Assembly: GCA_963771355.1 (NCBI GenBank)
Contig: CAVYTA010000006.1
Location: 1,856,001 to 1,920,000, forward strand
Reading direction: 5' to 3'
DNA length: 64,000 nucleotides
From: an uncultured Candidatus Rokubacteria bacterium
GTDB taxonomy: Bacteria > Methylomirabilota > Methylomirabilia > Rokubacteriales > CSP1-6
Of the stretch, positions 47,951-58,035 are shown one piece after another. The notes below the pieces were generated by a model. The model saw nothing but the letters and a program-made list of their open reading frames with translations, was not told the DNA's origin and searched no databases. Each line of letters opens with the position of its first letter. The stretch's first letter is position 1. Made by a program: the position numbers and the translations under genes.

Positions 47951-49340
47951 CGTTCCGGTCGAAGAGCACCCGGGCGACGGTGGTGGCGATGATCCTGAGG
48001 TCGAGCCAGAAGGACCAGCGCTCGATGTACTCGATGTCGAACTGGATCCGCTTCTCGAGCGAGGTGTTCCCGCGCAGACCGTGGATCTGGGCCCAGCCGG
48101 TGAGACCGGACCGGACCTTGTGGCGCAGCATGTAGCCGGGCACCGTCTGGCGGAACCGCTCGACGAAGACCGGCCGCTCCGGGCGCGGGCCCACCACGCT
48201 CATCTCGCCCCGCAGCACGTTGACGAACTGGGGGAGCTCGTCGAGGCTGAACCGTCGGAGAAAGGGGCCGATGGGCGTCCGCCGCGCGTCGCCCTCGTGC
48301 GCCCACACCGGTCCGGAGGCGGCCTCGGCATCAACGGCCATCGTGCGGAACTTGAGCATCCGGAAGCTCTGCCCATCCAGCCCCATGCGGTCCTGATGGT
48401 AGAGCACGGGCCCCGGGGAGGTGAGCCGCACCGCCGCCGCGAGCACCGCGAGCAGCGGCGACAGCGCCACCAGCACGGTGGCGGAGAAGGCCACGTCGAA
48501 GACCCGCTTGGCCACCGCGTTCCACCCGTGGAGCGGCGACTCCCGGAGATGGATGAAGGGGATGCCCTCGAACTCCTCCACGCCGCCCCGCAGCGTGGTG
48601 AACCGGAAGAGGTCGGGCACCACGTGGATGGTGACCGGCTCGTCGCCGATGGCATCGAGCAGGCCCGGCAGCCGGCTCGCGTCCTCATGGGCCAGCGCGA
48701 GGATCACGTGATCCACCGGACGGGCCGCCAGCACCGCGGAGAGGTCCGCGTACGCGCCCAGCCACGGCACGCCGCCCGCCCCTTCCTTGGCGTCGCCCAC
48801 CACTCCCACCACCTGGATGCCGGTATCGGGCCGCCCCCGCAGCCGCTCGATCACCTGCTGGGCCAGCTCGCCCGACCCCACCACCAGGCCGTAGCGCTGG
48901 TTGTAGCCGCCTCGGCGCGCGACGCGCAGCCCCTCGCGGAACACGTTGCGGGCGAAGGAGACGGCGGCGATGGAGAAGAGCCAGAAGTAGACGATGACCA
49001 CGCGCGAGTAGTCGTACTCGCGGAAGAGGAAGGTCATGATGGTAACCAGGACGAGGGCGGCCAGCGAGGAAGCCTTCGCCACGTCCGCGACCTCGGACAG
49101 CCGCGAGCCGATGCGCCGCGGCCGGTAGAGGTCGAAGGCCCGGAAGGAGATCCCCCACACGACCACGATGGGCACGATCATGATGAGGTAGGGACCGAGC
49201 GGGGGAACCTCCGGGGTGGGGCGCGGAGGACCGAAGAGGTAGAAGCGCGCCACGTAGGCCAGCAGCCAGCAGCCCACCACGAGGATGAGATCTCCCGCCA
49301 GCATGAGATGCTCGAGGACACGCGAGTAGCCCTTCAGCAC
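47943..49340 (-). CDS. wcaJ: Undecaprenyl-phosphate glucose phosphotransferase (WcaJ-like)
   Basis: KRVFD, KFRTM, LDELPQ, MSVVGPRPERP, GLTGWAQ, D..YI..WS. Confidence 0.92.
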   Translation of the reverse strand: MLKGYSRVLEHLMLAGDLILVVGCWLLAYVARFYLFGPPRPTPEVPPLGPYLIMIVPIVVVWGISFRAFDLYRPRRIGSRLSEVADVAKASSLAALVLVTIMTFLFREYDYSRVVIVYFWLFSIAAVSFARNVFREGLRVARRGGYNQRYGLVVGSGELAQQVIERLRGRPDTGIQVVGVVGDAKEGAGGVPWLGAYADLSAVLAARPVDHVILALAHEDASRLPGLLDAIGDEPVTIHVVPDLFRFTTLRGGVEEFEGIPFIHLRESPLHGWNAVAKRVFDVAFSATVLVALSPLLAVLAAAVRLTSPGPVLYHQDRMGLDGQSFRMLKFRTMAVDAEAASGPVWAHEGDARRTPIGPFLRRFSLDELPQFVNVLRGEMSVVGPRPERPVFVERFRQTVPGYMLRHKVRSGLTGWAQIHGLRGNTSLEKRIQFDIEYIERWSFWLDLRIIATTVARVLFDRNAY

Positions 49341-50452
49341 GCGCGCGCCCTCGCCAGCACCGCCGCCAGATAGCCGGCCATGCGCTCCTTGAAGATCGGC
49401 CGGTCGAATTGCTCGGCGTGGCGACGCAGGGTCTTGGGCTCGAAGACGGTGGCACCGGACTCGAAGCGCCGCACCGCCTCCGCCAGGTCGTCCGCGGTCT
49501 GGCGGGCGAAGAAGAGCCCGGTAGGCGGCTCTGGTCCCCCCGGCGGCACCACCGTCTCCAGCGCGCCCCCCTGCCCCAGCGCGATGACGGGACGACCGGC
49601 CGCCATGGCTTCCAGCGGCGTGATGCCGAAATCCTCCACGGTGGGGAACAGGAGCGCGCGGCAGCGCGCGTAGAGCTCTGCCACCTGGGCGTCGTCCTTC
49701 CAGCCGAGGAACTGCACGGTGGGGCCGGCCCGCGCCCGCAGGCGCGCCTCTTCCGGTCCCGTGCCCACCACCACCAGGCGGCGGCCCAGCCGGCTCGCCG
49801 CCTCCACCACGAGATCGACCCGCTTGTACGGAGCGAGGGCCGAGACCACCAAGTAGAAATCCTCGGGTCGTTCCTCGATCCGGAAGCGCGCCACGTCCAC
49901 CGGCGGGTAGATCACGTCGGCCGCGCGGCCATAGCAGCGCCGGATACGGTCGGCGATGAAACGCGAGATCCCCACGAAGTGATGCACCCCGGCGGCGGTG
50001 CGCCGGTCCCAGCGGCGGAGGGCGGCGGCGACTCCCGGCATGAGCAGCCGGGTGAGAGGGCCCGCGCGCGCGCCGAAGTAGTCGTCATACAGGTCCCACA
50101 CATAGCGCATGGGGGTGAAGCAGTAGCAGACGTGCAGCGCGCCTGGCGGAACCCGCACTCCCTTGGCCACCGCATGGCTGGAGGAGAGGATGAGGTCGTA
50201 TCCGGACAGGTCGAAGCGACGGATGGCGGCGGGAAAGAGCGGGAGATAGGAGCGATACCGGCGCTCCGCGTCGGGCAGCCGCTGGACGAAGGAGGTGATG
50301 ATCCGCCGCCCCTCGATCACCGGGGAGACCGAGCCCCGCACGTGGAGGAGGGTGTAGAGATCGGCGTCGGGAAAGAGCTCACAGAACACCTCGAGGCAGC
50401 GCTCGCCGCCCCGCATCCCGGTGAGCCAGTCGTGGACGAGCGCGACTCTCAC
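49334..50452 (-). CDS. Glycosyltransferase family 4 (mannosyltransferase-like)
   Basis: VHDWLTGMRGGER, YKRVD, EDFGITPLEAMAAG. Confidence 0.92.
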   Translation of the reverse strand: MRVALVHDWLTGMRGGERCLEVFCELFPDADLYTLLHVRGSVSPVIEGRRIITSFVQRLPDAERRYRSYLPLFPAAIRRFDLSGYDLILSSSHAVAKGVRVPPGALHVCYCFTPMRYVWDLYDDYFGARAGPLTRLLMPGVAAALRRWDRRTAAGVHHFVGISRFIADRIRRCYGRAADVIYPPVDVARFRIEERPEDFYLVVSALAPYKRVDLVVEAASRLGRRLVVVGTGPEEARLRARAGPTVQFLGWKDDAQVAELYARCRALLFPTVEDFGITPLEAMAAGRPVIALGQGGALETVVPPGGPEPPTGLFFARQTADDLAEAVRRFESGATVFEPKTLRRHAEQFDRPIFKERMAGYLAAVLARARAC

Positions 50453-50474
50453 GTGCGCGTCACCGCCCGACCGC

Positions 50475-51443
50475 TCAGCGCGACGCCGTGGAGTTCCGGT
50501 GCCGCCAGTAGTCGAGGAGCTCCGTCAAGGTTTGCTCGAAGGGGATCTCGACCTTCCACCCCAACGCCCGCTGGATCTTGCCGGGATCACCCTCGAGCTC
50601 CATCACATCGGAGGGCCGCAGCCGCGCGGGATCGATCTTGACCGCGATCCCCTTGACCCGGGACTGTCCGAGCAGGAAGTCGAGCACGTGCTGGATGGGC
50701 CATGACTTGCCCGAGCAGAGGTTGTACACCTCGCCCGGCTCGCCCCGCTCCAGCAGCGCCCAGTAGCCCCGGACGATGTCGCGTACGTCGGAGTAATCGC
50801 GCTTGGGCTTGAGATCGCCCACGAAGATCACCGGCTCGCGGATCCCGGCCTCGATCTCGACGATCTGCCTGGCGAAGTTGGACGTCACGAAGACGTCGCC
50901 GCGCCGCGGTCCCTCGTGATTGAAGGCCCGCGTGCGGACGATGGGCAGCCCGTAGCTCTTGAAGTACTGGTAGCCCATCATGTCCTGCGTCACCTTGCTC
51001 ACCGCGTAGGGTGACAGCGGCCGGAGGGGATTGGTCTCCTTGATGGGAAGCTCGTCGGGATGCACCAGCCCGTACTCCTCGCTGCTGCCGACGGCGAGGA
51101 AGCGGGGGGAGATCCTGAGACCACGCATGGCCTCCAGCAGGTTGACCTGGGAGATGATGTTGGTGGTCAGCGTCTCCGCCGGCGCCTTCCACGACGCGGC
51201 CACGAAGCTCTGGGCGGCCAGGTGCACCACGTGCGTCGGCTCCGTGATTTCCAGGAGGTTCCGCACCGAGGAGAGGTCACGCAGGTCGCACTCGACCAGC
51301 GTGATGCGCGCGCGCAGGTGGTCGATGTTCTCGGTCTTGCTCCGCCAGCGCATGGAGCCGGAGACCTCGGCGCCGTGCGCGAGGGCAAACTCCGCCATGT
51401 GACTTCCCACGAACCCGGTGATGCCCGTGATGAGCAGTCGCAT
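50475..51443 (-). CDS. GDP-mannose 4,6-dehydratase / GDP-6-deoxyhexose reductase family
   Basis: ITGITGFVG, HLAAQSFV, SSEEYG, PLSPYAVSK, FNHEGPRRG, RDYSDVRD, RLRPSD. Confidence 0.88.
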   Translation of the reverse strand: MRLLITGITGFVGSHMAEFALAHGAEVSGSMRWRSKTENIDHLRARITLVECDLRDLSSVRNLLEITEPTHVVHLAAQSFVAASWKAPAETLTTNIISQVNLLEAMRGLRISPRFLAVGSSEEYGLVHPDELPIKETNPLRPLSPYAVSKVTQDMMGYQYFKSYGLPIVRTRAFNHEGPRRGDVFVTSNFARQIVEIEAGIREPVIFVGDLKPKRDYSDVRDIVRGYWALLERGEPGEVYNLCSGKSWPIQHVLDFLLGQSRVKGIAVKIDPARLRPSDVMELEGDPGKIQRALGWKVEIPFEQTLTELLDYWRHRNSTASR

Positions 51444-51492
51444 CGGCCCCCGCTCCTCTCGCTCGCATCCCTCGGACGCGAGCCGATCGCAA

Positions 51493-52656
51493 TTATACGC
51501 CACGGAGATGCGGCTCTCCGCGCAAACTCGCCGCCGCCCGCCGGTACTCGTCGGCAACCTCCGCGGTCATACGCGCCGCCGAGAACTCTCTCGCCACGTG
51601 CTCGCGCGCGGCCTCGCCCATCCGGAGCCGTCGCGCGCCATCGGCGAGGAGCGCGTCGGCAGCCTCCGCCAGCGCGGAGGCGTCGCGCGGGGGCACGAGG
51701 AGCCCGGTGACGCCGTCGACGACGGCATCCACGTGCCCGGGCACCCGGGTGGCCACGACGGGGAGACTGCTGGCCATGGCCTCCAGCACCCCGAGGGGCA
51801 GCCCTTCTCCCAGCGACGCGGTCACGTAGAGATCGAGCGCGGCGAAGTAGCGCGCGGCGTCGGGGAGCGGCCCGGTCCAGACCACGGTGCCCCCCAGCCC
51901 CAGCCGTCGCGCTTGTGCGCGCAGGCGTCCGCTCTCCGGACCGTCGCCCACCACGAGACACACCGCGCCGGGCCGGCGCTGCCGCAGGCGCGCCATGGCC
52001 TCGAGCAGCGTCTCGAGCCCCTTCACGGGGTCGAAGCGCGCCACCGTGCCCAGCACGAGCGCGGCCGGGTTCAGCGCCAGTGCCGTCCGGGCGCCCTCAC
52101 GGGGCCGGCACTGCGCGCGCACGCGCGCGCCGTCGATGCCGTTGACGATGATCCGGGCGCGCTCCGCCGGCGCGAGCCCGAGCGGACCCGCCTCCGCGGC
52201 CTGGCTCGCGGAGACGTGGATGATCGTGTGGGTGATGCGGGCCAGCCCGCGTTCCATCGCGAGATACGCGCTGCGCACGCCCGGCGGATAGCGGTCATAG
52301 TGCACGCGGTGGAAGGTATGCACGGCGGCGATGCCCGCCCGGCGGGCGGCGAGCCGGCCATAGAGGCCGGCGCCCTTGCCGTGGGAGTGCACGACGCGGA
52401 TCTCGCGCTCGCGGATCAGCCGCGTCAATTTCCCGAGGGTGAACGGTGAGAGCCGGTGGGCCGCCACCTCCACCACCTGGGCGCCCCCCGCGCGGAAGCG
52501 CTCGAGGTATGGCCCGCCCGCGGGGGCGCCCACCGTGACGCGGAAGTCCTTCGGATCGAGCCCGGCGAGCAGGTCCACCACGTGCGCGGGTTCGCCGCCG
52601 AGCTGGCTCGAGACCAGCAGCTCCAGGACGGAGATGGGCGCCGGACGCGCGGTCAC
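51493..52656 (-). CDS. Glycosyltransferase family 4
   Basis: HSHGK, NGID, ARFDPVKG, EGLPLGVLEAMA; start uncertain (ORF open to 52785). Confidence 0.88.
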   Translation of the reverse strand: MTARPAPISVLELLVSSQLGGEPAHVVDLLAGLDPKDFRVTVGAPAGGPYLERFRAGGAQVVEVAAHRLSPFTLGKLTRLIREREIRVVHSHGKGAGLYGRLAARRAGIAAVHTFHRVHYDRYPPGVRSAYLAMERGLARITHTIIHVSASQAAEAGPLGLAPAERARIIVNGIDGARVRAQCRPREGARTALALNPAALVLGTVARFDPVKGLETLLEAMARLRQRRPGAVCLVVGDGPESGRLRAQARRLGLGGTVVWTGPLPDAARYFAALDLYVTASLGEGLPLGVLEAMASSLPVVATRVPGHVDAVVDGVTGLLVPPRDASALAEAADALLADGARRLRMGEAAREHVAREFSAARMTAEVADEYRRAAASLRGEPHLRGV

Positions 52657-52798
52657 GTCAGGCGCCGGGCGCGCGGCGTCTGCGGAGCGTACCCGCCGTC
52701 CACGAAACGCCGGCAATCCTCGACCCGGCAGATTCGCGGTGGGCCGCGCGGAAGAAGGCCTGGACGGGGGGCTCAGCTCGGGCATCCACGGCGGGAAG

Positions 52799-53332
52799 TC
52801 AGTCCGACGACTTCGGGAGCACGCAGACCCCTGACCCGCAGCCGAAGCGCCGACGGTTCCTCGCCACCCAGGCGTAGATGCGCCGTCCGATCCAGCTCGC
52901 GCCGGGGAGGTAGAAGAAGGCCAGGAGCGGCCAGGTCGCGGGGCTCACGGCGAGCAGCCGCCGAGCCGCGAAGAAGCCGGGATGCGCGCGCCCGTCCGGC
53001 GTGACCACCCACATCGCCTCGTCGAGGTTCGCCTCCCGCAGCACGGGGAAGCGGGCTTCCACCGCGCTCCGGTCATTGCCGTCATGGAAGCGCAGTACCT
53101 TCCGGAAGTCCGCGGTCCGCAGGAGCGCGAGTGACCGGATGCAGAGGCCGCACTGGGCGTCATAGATCACGTGCACGCGCGGGGCCGCGGGCCCGGCAGT
53201 CACCGGAGCTTCCCCCGCAGGGAGACGTCGACGTGAGGCTGGCTGTCCCACCGATGGAGCGGACGCGTCACGGGAACCTTTCCGACCCCGGCTGACCGCG
53301 AACCCGTCCGGGCGCGCCGGCGCGTCACTCAT
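52799..53332 (-). CDS. DCC1/DUF393 thiol-disulfide oxidoreductase family protein
   Basis: YDAQCGLC (DxxCxxC), YAWVARNR; TATACT 7 nt before ATG. Confidence 0.8.
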   Translation of the reverse strand: MSDAPARPDGFAVSRGRKGSRDASAPSVGQPASRRRLPAGEAPVTAGPAAPRVHVIYDAQCGLCIRSLALLRTADFRKVLRFHDGNDRSAVEARFPVLREANLDEAMWVVTPDGRAHPGFFAARRLLAVSPATWPLLAFFYLPGASWIGRRIYAWVARNRRRFGCGSGVCVLPKSSD

Positions 53333-53523
53333 CGGCGTCAGTATACTCCACGCGCGCGGCCCTCACTGGGCCAGGACCCGCTGGGTGAGCGGAGTCTCGA
53401 CACCGCGGCCTCGGTGCGCGACCGTTTGCCTGCGCTCCGCTTCGTCCTGGAGCACTTCGACGTCGTGCAGGGAGAGGTCACCGCCGACGGGGCCGACGTG
53501 GGCCCGTCGGTCGCGCGCAAGCG

Positions 53524-54348
53524 CTAGCCGACCTGCTTCGGATCCAGGATATCCCGCAGGCCATCCCCGAGCAGGTTGAGGCCGAGCACGGTGAGCGCAA
53601 TGGCACCGCCGGGGAAGATCGCGAACCACGGGTTGGTAGCGAGGAAGGCCTGCGACTCGCGCAGCATCAGACCCCACGAAGGATGCGGGGGCTGCGTGCC
53701 GAGGCCCAGATAGGCGAGGGCGGCCTCGGCGAGAATGGCCACCGGGAAGCTGATGGTGGACTGCACGATGAGGGGCGACAGCGTGTTGGGCAGGATGTGC
53801 CGGCCGATGATGGTGGCGTCCCCCGCCCCCAGCGCCCGCGCCGCCGCCACGAACTCGCGGTCGCGCAGCTCGAGGAAGGACGCGCGGGTGAGGCGCGCGA
53901 ACACGGGCAGGAAGGCCACCCCGATGGCGATCATGCTGATGCTCAGGCTGGGCCGGAACACCGCCGAGATGAGGAGCGCGGAGAGGATGGCGGGAAAGCC
54001 CTGCACCGCGTCCATCAGCCGCATGAACCCCTCGTCGAGCCAGCCGCCGAAATAGCCCGACACCACACCCAGGCTGGCGCCGATGCCCATGCCGATCCCC
54101 ACCGCGATCACCCCCACCAGGATGGAGGTCACCGCGCCGGTCATCACGCGCGAGAGCAGATCCCGGCCGAAGTGGTCGGTGCCGAAGAGGTGCTGACTGG
54201 TGGGGCCCTGCAACCGCCCGGTGATGGACATCTCCAGCGGATCCCGTGGCGTGTAGACGAGGCTCAGGGCCGCCGTCGCCACCAGGGCCACCGTGATGGC
54301 CAGGCCAACCACGAACGTGACGTGCCTGAACGCGCGACTTCTCAACAC
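53524..54348 (-). CDS. dppC: Peptide ABC transporter permease (DppC)
   Basis: HLFGTDHFGRD, EFVAAARALGA, HILPN, LGLG..PP.PSWG. Confidence 0.92.
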   Translation of the reverse strand: MLRSRAFRHVTFVVGLAITVALVATAALSLVYTPRDPLEMSITGRLQGPTSQHLFGTDHFGRDLLSRVMTGAVTSILVGVIAVGIGMGIGASLGVVSGYFGGWLDEGFMRLMDAVQGFPAILSALLISAVFRPSLSISMIAIGVAFLPVFARLTRASFLELRDREFVAAARALGAGDATIIGRHILPNTLSPLIVQSTISFPVAILAEAALAYLGLGTQPPHPSWGLMLRESQAFLATNPWFAIFPGGAIALTVLGLNLLGDGLRDILDPKQVG

Positions 54349-54391
54349 GCGCGTTTTGCCCTCGCTCCGCTCGGGCCCTGATTTGATCTAC

Positions 54392-54411
54392 GGTCGTCGC
54401 AAGCGACGACC
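54392..54411. repeat. Intergenic hairpin ggtcgtcgc-aa-gcgacgacc
   Basis: Perfect 9-bp inverted repeat between dppB and dppC; adjacent cctcgctccgctcggg also occurs near 7464. Confidence 0.55.
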
Positions 54412-54445
54412 TCTATAGGGTGGCTTCGCATCCTTTATATGTTCG

Positions 54446-55390
54446 TCACTCGTAGCGTATGCGGGGGTCTAACACGCCGTAGAGCAGGTCCACCACGACG
54501 TTGAGGGTCACGATCACGCAGGCCACGAAGAGGACCACCCCCTGCACCACTGGAAGGTCGCGCGCGCTGATGGCGCCGATGGCGAGCCGGCCGAGGCCGG
54601 GCAGATAGAAGACGGACTCCAGCACGATGCTGCCCGCCATGAGCTGGCCGAGCTGTATCCCCGCCACGGTGATGATGGGGATCATGGCGTTGCGGAGCGC
54701 GTGGCGGAAGAGCACCACGCCTTCCCCCAGCCCCTTGGCGCGCGCGGTCTTGACGTACTCCTCGCGCAGCACCTCGAGGACGGCGGACCGCGTGGTGCGC
54801 GCGAGGACGGCGAACTGGAAGAGCCCCAGCGCCACCGCGGGCAGCAGCAGTGACTTCAGCGCCGGCAGCACGCCTTGCCCCCAGCCATCGAAGCCGCCGG
54901 ACTTGAACCACCCGAGCTTCACCGCGAAGAGGAGGATGAGGAGGAGGCCGGCCCAGAAGGCGGGCACCGCCACCCCCACCTGGGACAGGGCCATGGCGAG
55001 ATAGTCGCCCCAGCGCCGCTGATGGGTCGCCGCGAAGAGGCCCACCGGGACCGCGGCCAGCGCCATGAAGCCCGCGGCCATGAGGGTGAGCGGAAGCGTC
55101 ACCGGCAGCCGGGAGGCGATGAGCCCGGCCACGGGCACGTCGTACTGGATGGACGTCCCGAGGTCCCCGCGGAGGGCCCGTCCCGCCCACTCCCCGTACT
55201 GGACGATGAGCGACCGGTTCAGCCCCAGCGACTCACGGATGCGCTCGGCAGCCTCGGCGCTGCCCTCGGTGCCCACGATGATGAGGGCGGGATCGCCGGG
55301 GAGCACGCGTACCACCACGAACACCAGGAGAGAAACGAAGAGGAGGGTGACCGCCAGCGCGGCCACCCTCCTCAGGACGAATCGGCGCAC
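54446..55390 (-). CDS. dppB: Peptide ABC transporter permease (DppB)
   Basis: PGDPA, GDLGTS, YVKTARAKGL, HALRNA, DPRIR. Confidence 0.93.
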   Translation of the reverse strand: MRRFVLRRVAALAVTLLFVSLLVFVVVRVLPGDPALIIVGTEGSAEAAERIRESLGLNRSLIVQYGEWAGRALRGDLGTSIQYDVPVAGLIASRLPVTLPLTLMAAGFMALAAVPVGLFAATHQRRWGDYLAMALSQVGVAVPAFWAGLLLILLFAVKLGWFKSGGFDGWGQGVLPALKSLLLPAVALGLFQFAVLARTTRSAVLEVLREEYVKTARAKGLGEGVVLFRHALRNAMIPIITVAGIQLGQLMAGSIVLESVFYLPGLGRLAIGAISARDLPVVQGVVLFVACVIVTLNVVVDLLYGVLDPRIRYE

Positions 55391-55411
55391 CGCCCGCCCG
55401 CCCGCGCCCGG

Positions 55412-56926
55412 CTACTTCTGCCAGGACACCTCGGACAGGTCGAGCACCGGCAGCGGCAGGTCTTTCCACAGCCCGGTCACACCCTTCTTGGTCACCACCA
55501 GCCGCGGGTGCATGTACAGCCACACCGCCGGCGCCTCGTCGGCCAGCATCTGCTGCATGGCCACGTAGAGCTCGCGCCGCTTCTTGTCGTCCACCGTGAC
55601 CTGGGACTCCGCGAAGAGCTTCTGGAAGTCGGCGTTGTCCCAGCGGAAGTAGTACTTGGGATTGGCGAAGTTCGCGATGTCCCACGCCTCCGCGTGCCCG
55701 ATGATGGACATCTCGTAGTCGGGATTCTGGCACGGGGCCAGGCAGAATACCTGGGAGAGCCAGGTGCCCCACTCGATCTGCTCGATCTTGGCCCGGATGC
55801 CCACCTTGGCGAACTGGCTGGTGATGATCTCCGCGCTCCGCACCGTGTAGTAGTACTGGGGCGCCACCCGGAACGTCACGTCGAAGCCGTTCGGATAGCC
55901 GGCCTCGGCGAGGAGCTTCTTGGCCTTGGCCGGATCGTAGGGAACCCGCTTGGCGAGGTCCACGAAGTACGGATTCAGCGGGTCCACGTTCGAGCCGAGG
56001 ATCTTGCCGTGGCCGAACATGGCGCCCTTGAGCACCTCGTCCTTGTTGATGGCGTGCGTCACCGCCAGGCGCACTCGCTTGTCCGAGAACGGCTTCTTGC
56101 TGTTGTTCATGGAGAGGGTGACGTCGTTGGTGGTGTCACCCACGATCACCTGGAAGCGCGGGTCCTTCTTCAGCTCGTCCACGCTCTCCGGGCCGATGCC
56201 GAAGGCCGAGACGTCCACGTCGCCCGCCTTGAGCGCGGCGAGGGCGGCGTTGGGGTCGGGGATGAAGCGATACGTCACCTTGTCCAGGTGCGGGAGCCCC
56301 TTGACCCAGTAGTCCTTGTTCTTCGTGAGGACGATCCGGTCCCCCCGCACCCACTCCGACACCGTGAAGGGGCCGGTGCCCAGCGGCTGGGTCTTGAGCG
56401 TGTCCACCGCTTCCCGGGGATAGATCACCGAGCCCTGCCGGGCCAGCGTGTAGAGAAAGGTCGCGTCCAGCTTCTTGAGGCTGACGGTGATCGTGTAGTC
56501 GTCCTTCACGATCACGTCCTGGATGGCCTCGTACTGGGTGCGGTAGGGATGCTTGGTCTCGGGGTTCACCGCGCGGTCCAGCGCGAACTTCACGTCGCCG
56601 GCGCGCATCTCGCGCCCGTTGTGGAACCGCACGTTCTTCCTGAGGAAGAAGGTGTAGTTCTTGCTGTCGGTGGTGTACCAGCGCTCGGCCAGCCACGGAA
56701 TCATCTTCCCGGTGCGGTCGATCTTGATGAGGCCTTCCTGGACGTTGTCGAAGACCACCCCCGCGATGGCAGAGGCCGGGTTCGTGGTCAGGTCGAGGCC
56801 CGGGGGCTCGGTGGAGACCTGCACCACCAGGGAGGCGGGTGCGGTCTGGGCGGACACGCCCGCCGCCCCGACGGCGAGCGCGAGAGCGATTGCGAGCGTC
56901 ACGCGGGCAAGCTTCCTCATCCTCAT
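55412..56926 (-). CDS. Peptide/nickel ABC substrate-binding protein (family 5)
   Basis: Signal peptide, FHNG...DVKF, GTGPF, RVRLA..AI, AKKLLAEAGY. Confidence 0.92.
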   Translation of the reverse strand: MRMRKLARVTLAIALALAVGAAGVSAQTAPASLVVQVSTEPPGLDLTTNPASAIAGVVFDNVQEGLIKIDRTGKMIPWLAERWYTTDSKNYTFFLRKNVRFHNGREMRAGDVKFALDRAVNPETKHPYRTQYEAIQDVIVKDDYTITVSLKKLDATFLYTLARQGSVIYPREAVDTLKTQPLGTGPFTVSEWVRGDRIVLTKNKDYWVKGLPHLDKVTYRFIPDPNAALAALKAGDVDVSAFGIGPESVDELKKDPRFQVIVGDTTNDVTLSMNNSKKPFSDKRVRLAVTHAINKDEVLKGAMFGHGKILGSNVDPLNPYFVDLAKRVPYDPAKAKKLLAEAGYPNGFDVTFRVAPQYYYTVRSAEIITSQFAKVGIRAKIEQIEWGTWLSQVFCLAPCQNPDYEMSIIGHAEAWDIANFANPKYYFRWDNADFQKLFAESQVTVDDKKRRELYVAMQQMLADEAPAVWLYMHPRLVVTKKGVTGLWKDLPLPVLDLSEVSWQK

Positions 56927-57885
56927 GCCGTCCTCCCCGTGAAGAATTCGACGGTACGGCGCAGCCCCTCCTCGAAGGTCACGAGGGGCTCGTAGCCCAG
57001 GTCCCGCTTGGCTGCGCTCACGTCGGCCAGGGTGTGGGGCACGTCCCCCACCCGCCCCGGCTCGTGACGGCGCTGGAGCGGCCGGCCGAGCATCACCTCG
57101 ATCATGGCGACGATCTCGAGCAGGCTGGTGCGGCTGCCGCAGCCGACGTTATAGGATTTCCCCGCCACCGCGCGGGCGTCCGCGCGGGCGGCGAGCAGAT
57201 TCGCCGAGACCACATTGTCGATGAAGGTGAAGTCACGCGACTGGGTGCCGTCGCCGTGCACTTGCAGCGGCCGGCCCGCCATGCCCCAGAGGATGAACTT
57301 CGGGATCACCGCCGCGTACTCGCTCTTGGGGTCCTGGCGGGGGCCGAACACGTTGAAGTAGCGCAGCCCGACCGTCTCCACGTCGAAGAGCCGGCTCCAC
57401 ACCGAGGCGTAGAGCTCGCCGGCCACCTTGGTGGCGGCGTAGGGGGAGATGGGGGCGGTGGGCTGATCCTCCCGCTTGGGCAGCTCGGGCCGCTCCCCGT
57501 ACACGGACGAGGAGGACGCGTACACCACCCGCGGCTTCTTCTTCTGCCCCGCCGCCGCGTGCAGGAGGTGCAGGGTCCCGGTGACGTTGGAGGCGTGGGC
57601 CCCGAGGGGATCCGCCACCGAGCGCGGCACCGAGCGCATGGCGGCCTGGTGGAACACCACCTCCACGCCCTTCATCGCGCGCGTCACCGCGGCCAGGCTG
57701 GTGAGGTCGCCCCGCCGGACGTCCAGGTTCCGATTGCCCTTCGCGAAGGCGAGGTTGGTGCGGCGGCCGGTGGAGAAATTGTCGAACACGCGGACGCGAT
57801 ATCCCTCGGCGAGCAGGCGCTCGACGAGGTGCGAGCCGATGAAGCCCGCTCCGCCGGTGACGAGGGCAAGAGGAGGAGTGGCCAT
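56923..57885 (-). CDS. NAD-dependent nucleotide-sugar 4-epimerase (WbpP-like SDR)
   Basis: TGGAGFIGS, HQAA..SVPRS, ASSSSVYG, SPYAATK, LRYFNVFGPRQDP..YAAVIP. Confidence 0.9.
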   Translation of the reverse strand: MATPPLALVTGGAGFIGSHLVERLLAEGYRVRVFDNFSTGRRTNLAFAKGNRNLDVRRGDLTSLAAVTRAMKGVEVVFHQAAMRSVPRSVADPLGAHASNVTGTLHLLHAAAGQKKKPRVVYASSSSVYGERPELPKREDQPTAPISPYAATKVAGELYASVWSRLFDVETVGLRYFNVFGPRQDPKSEYAAVIPKFILWGMAGRPLQVHGDGTQSRDFTFIDNVVSANLLAARADARAVAGKSYNVGCGSRTSLLEIVAMIEVMLGRPLQRRHEPGRVGDVPHTLADVSAAKRDLGYEPLVTFEEGLRRTVEFFTGRTA

Positions 57886-57960
57886 GAGGTGCGTGACGGT
57901 CCCGATTATGGTGGGCGCCCGCGCGGCTTGTCAATCTTCGGCGCGGCCCTCCGTACGGAC

Positions 57961-58030
57961 CGCACGCCAGGCGGCACGCCGGGTGCACGCCAGGCGCACG
58001 CCAGCGCACGCAGCGCACGCCAAGCGCACG
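57961..58030. repeat. Seven degenerate GCACG(C)-core tandem repeats between divergent promoters
   Basis: cgcacgccagg-like units with a 9-12 bp period. Confidence 0.7.
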
Positions 58031-58035
58031 GTGGT

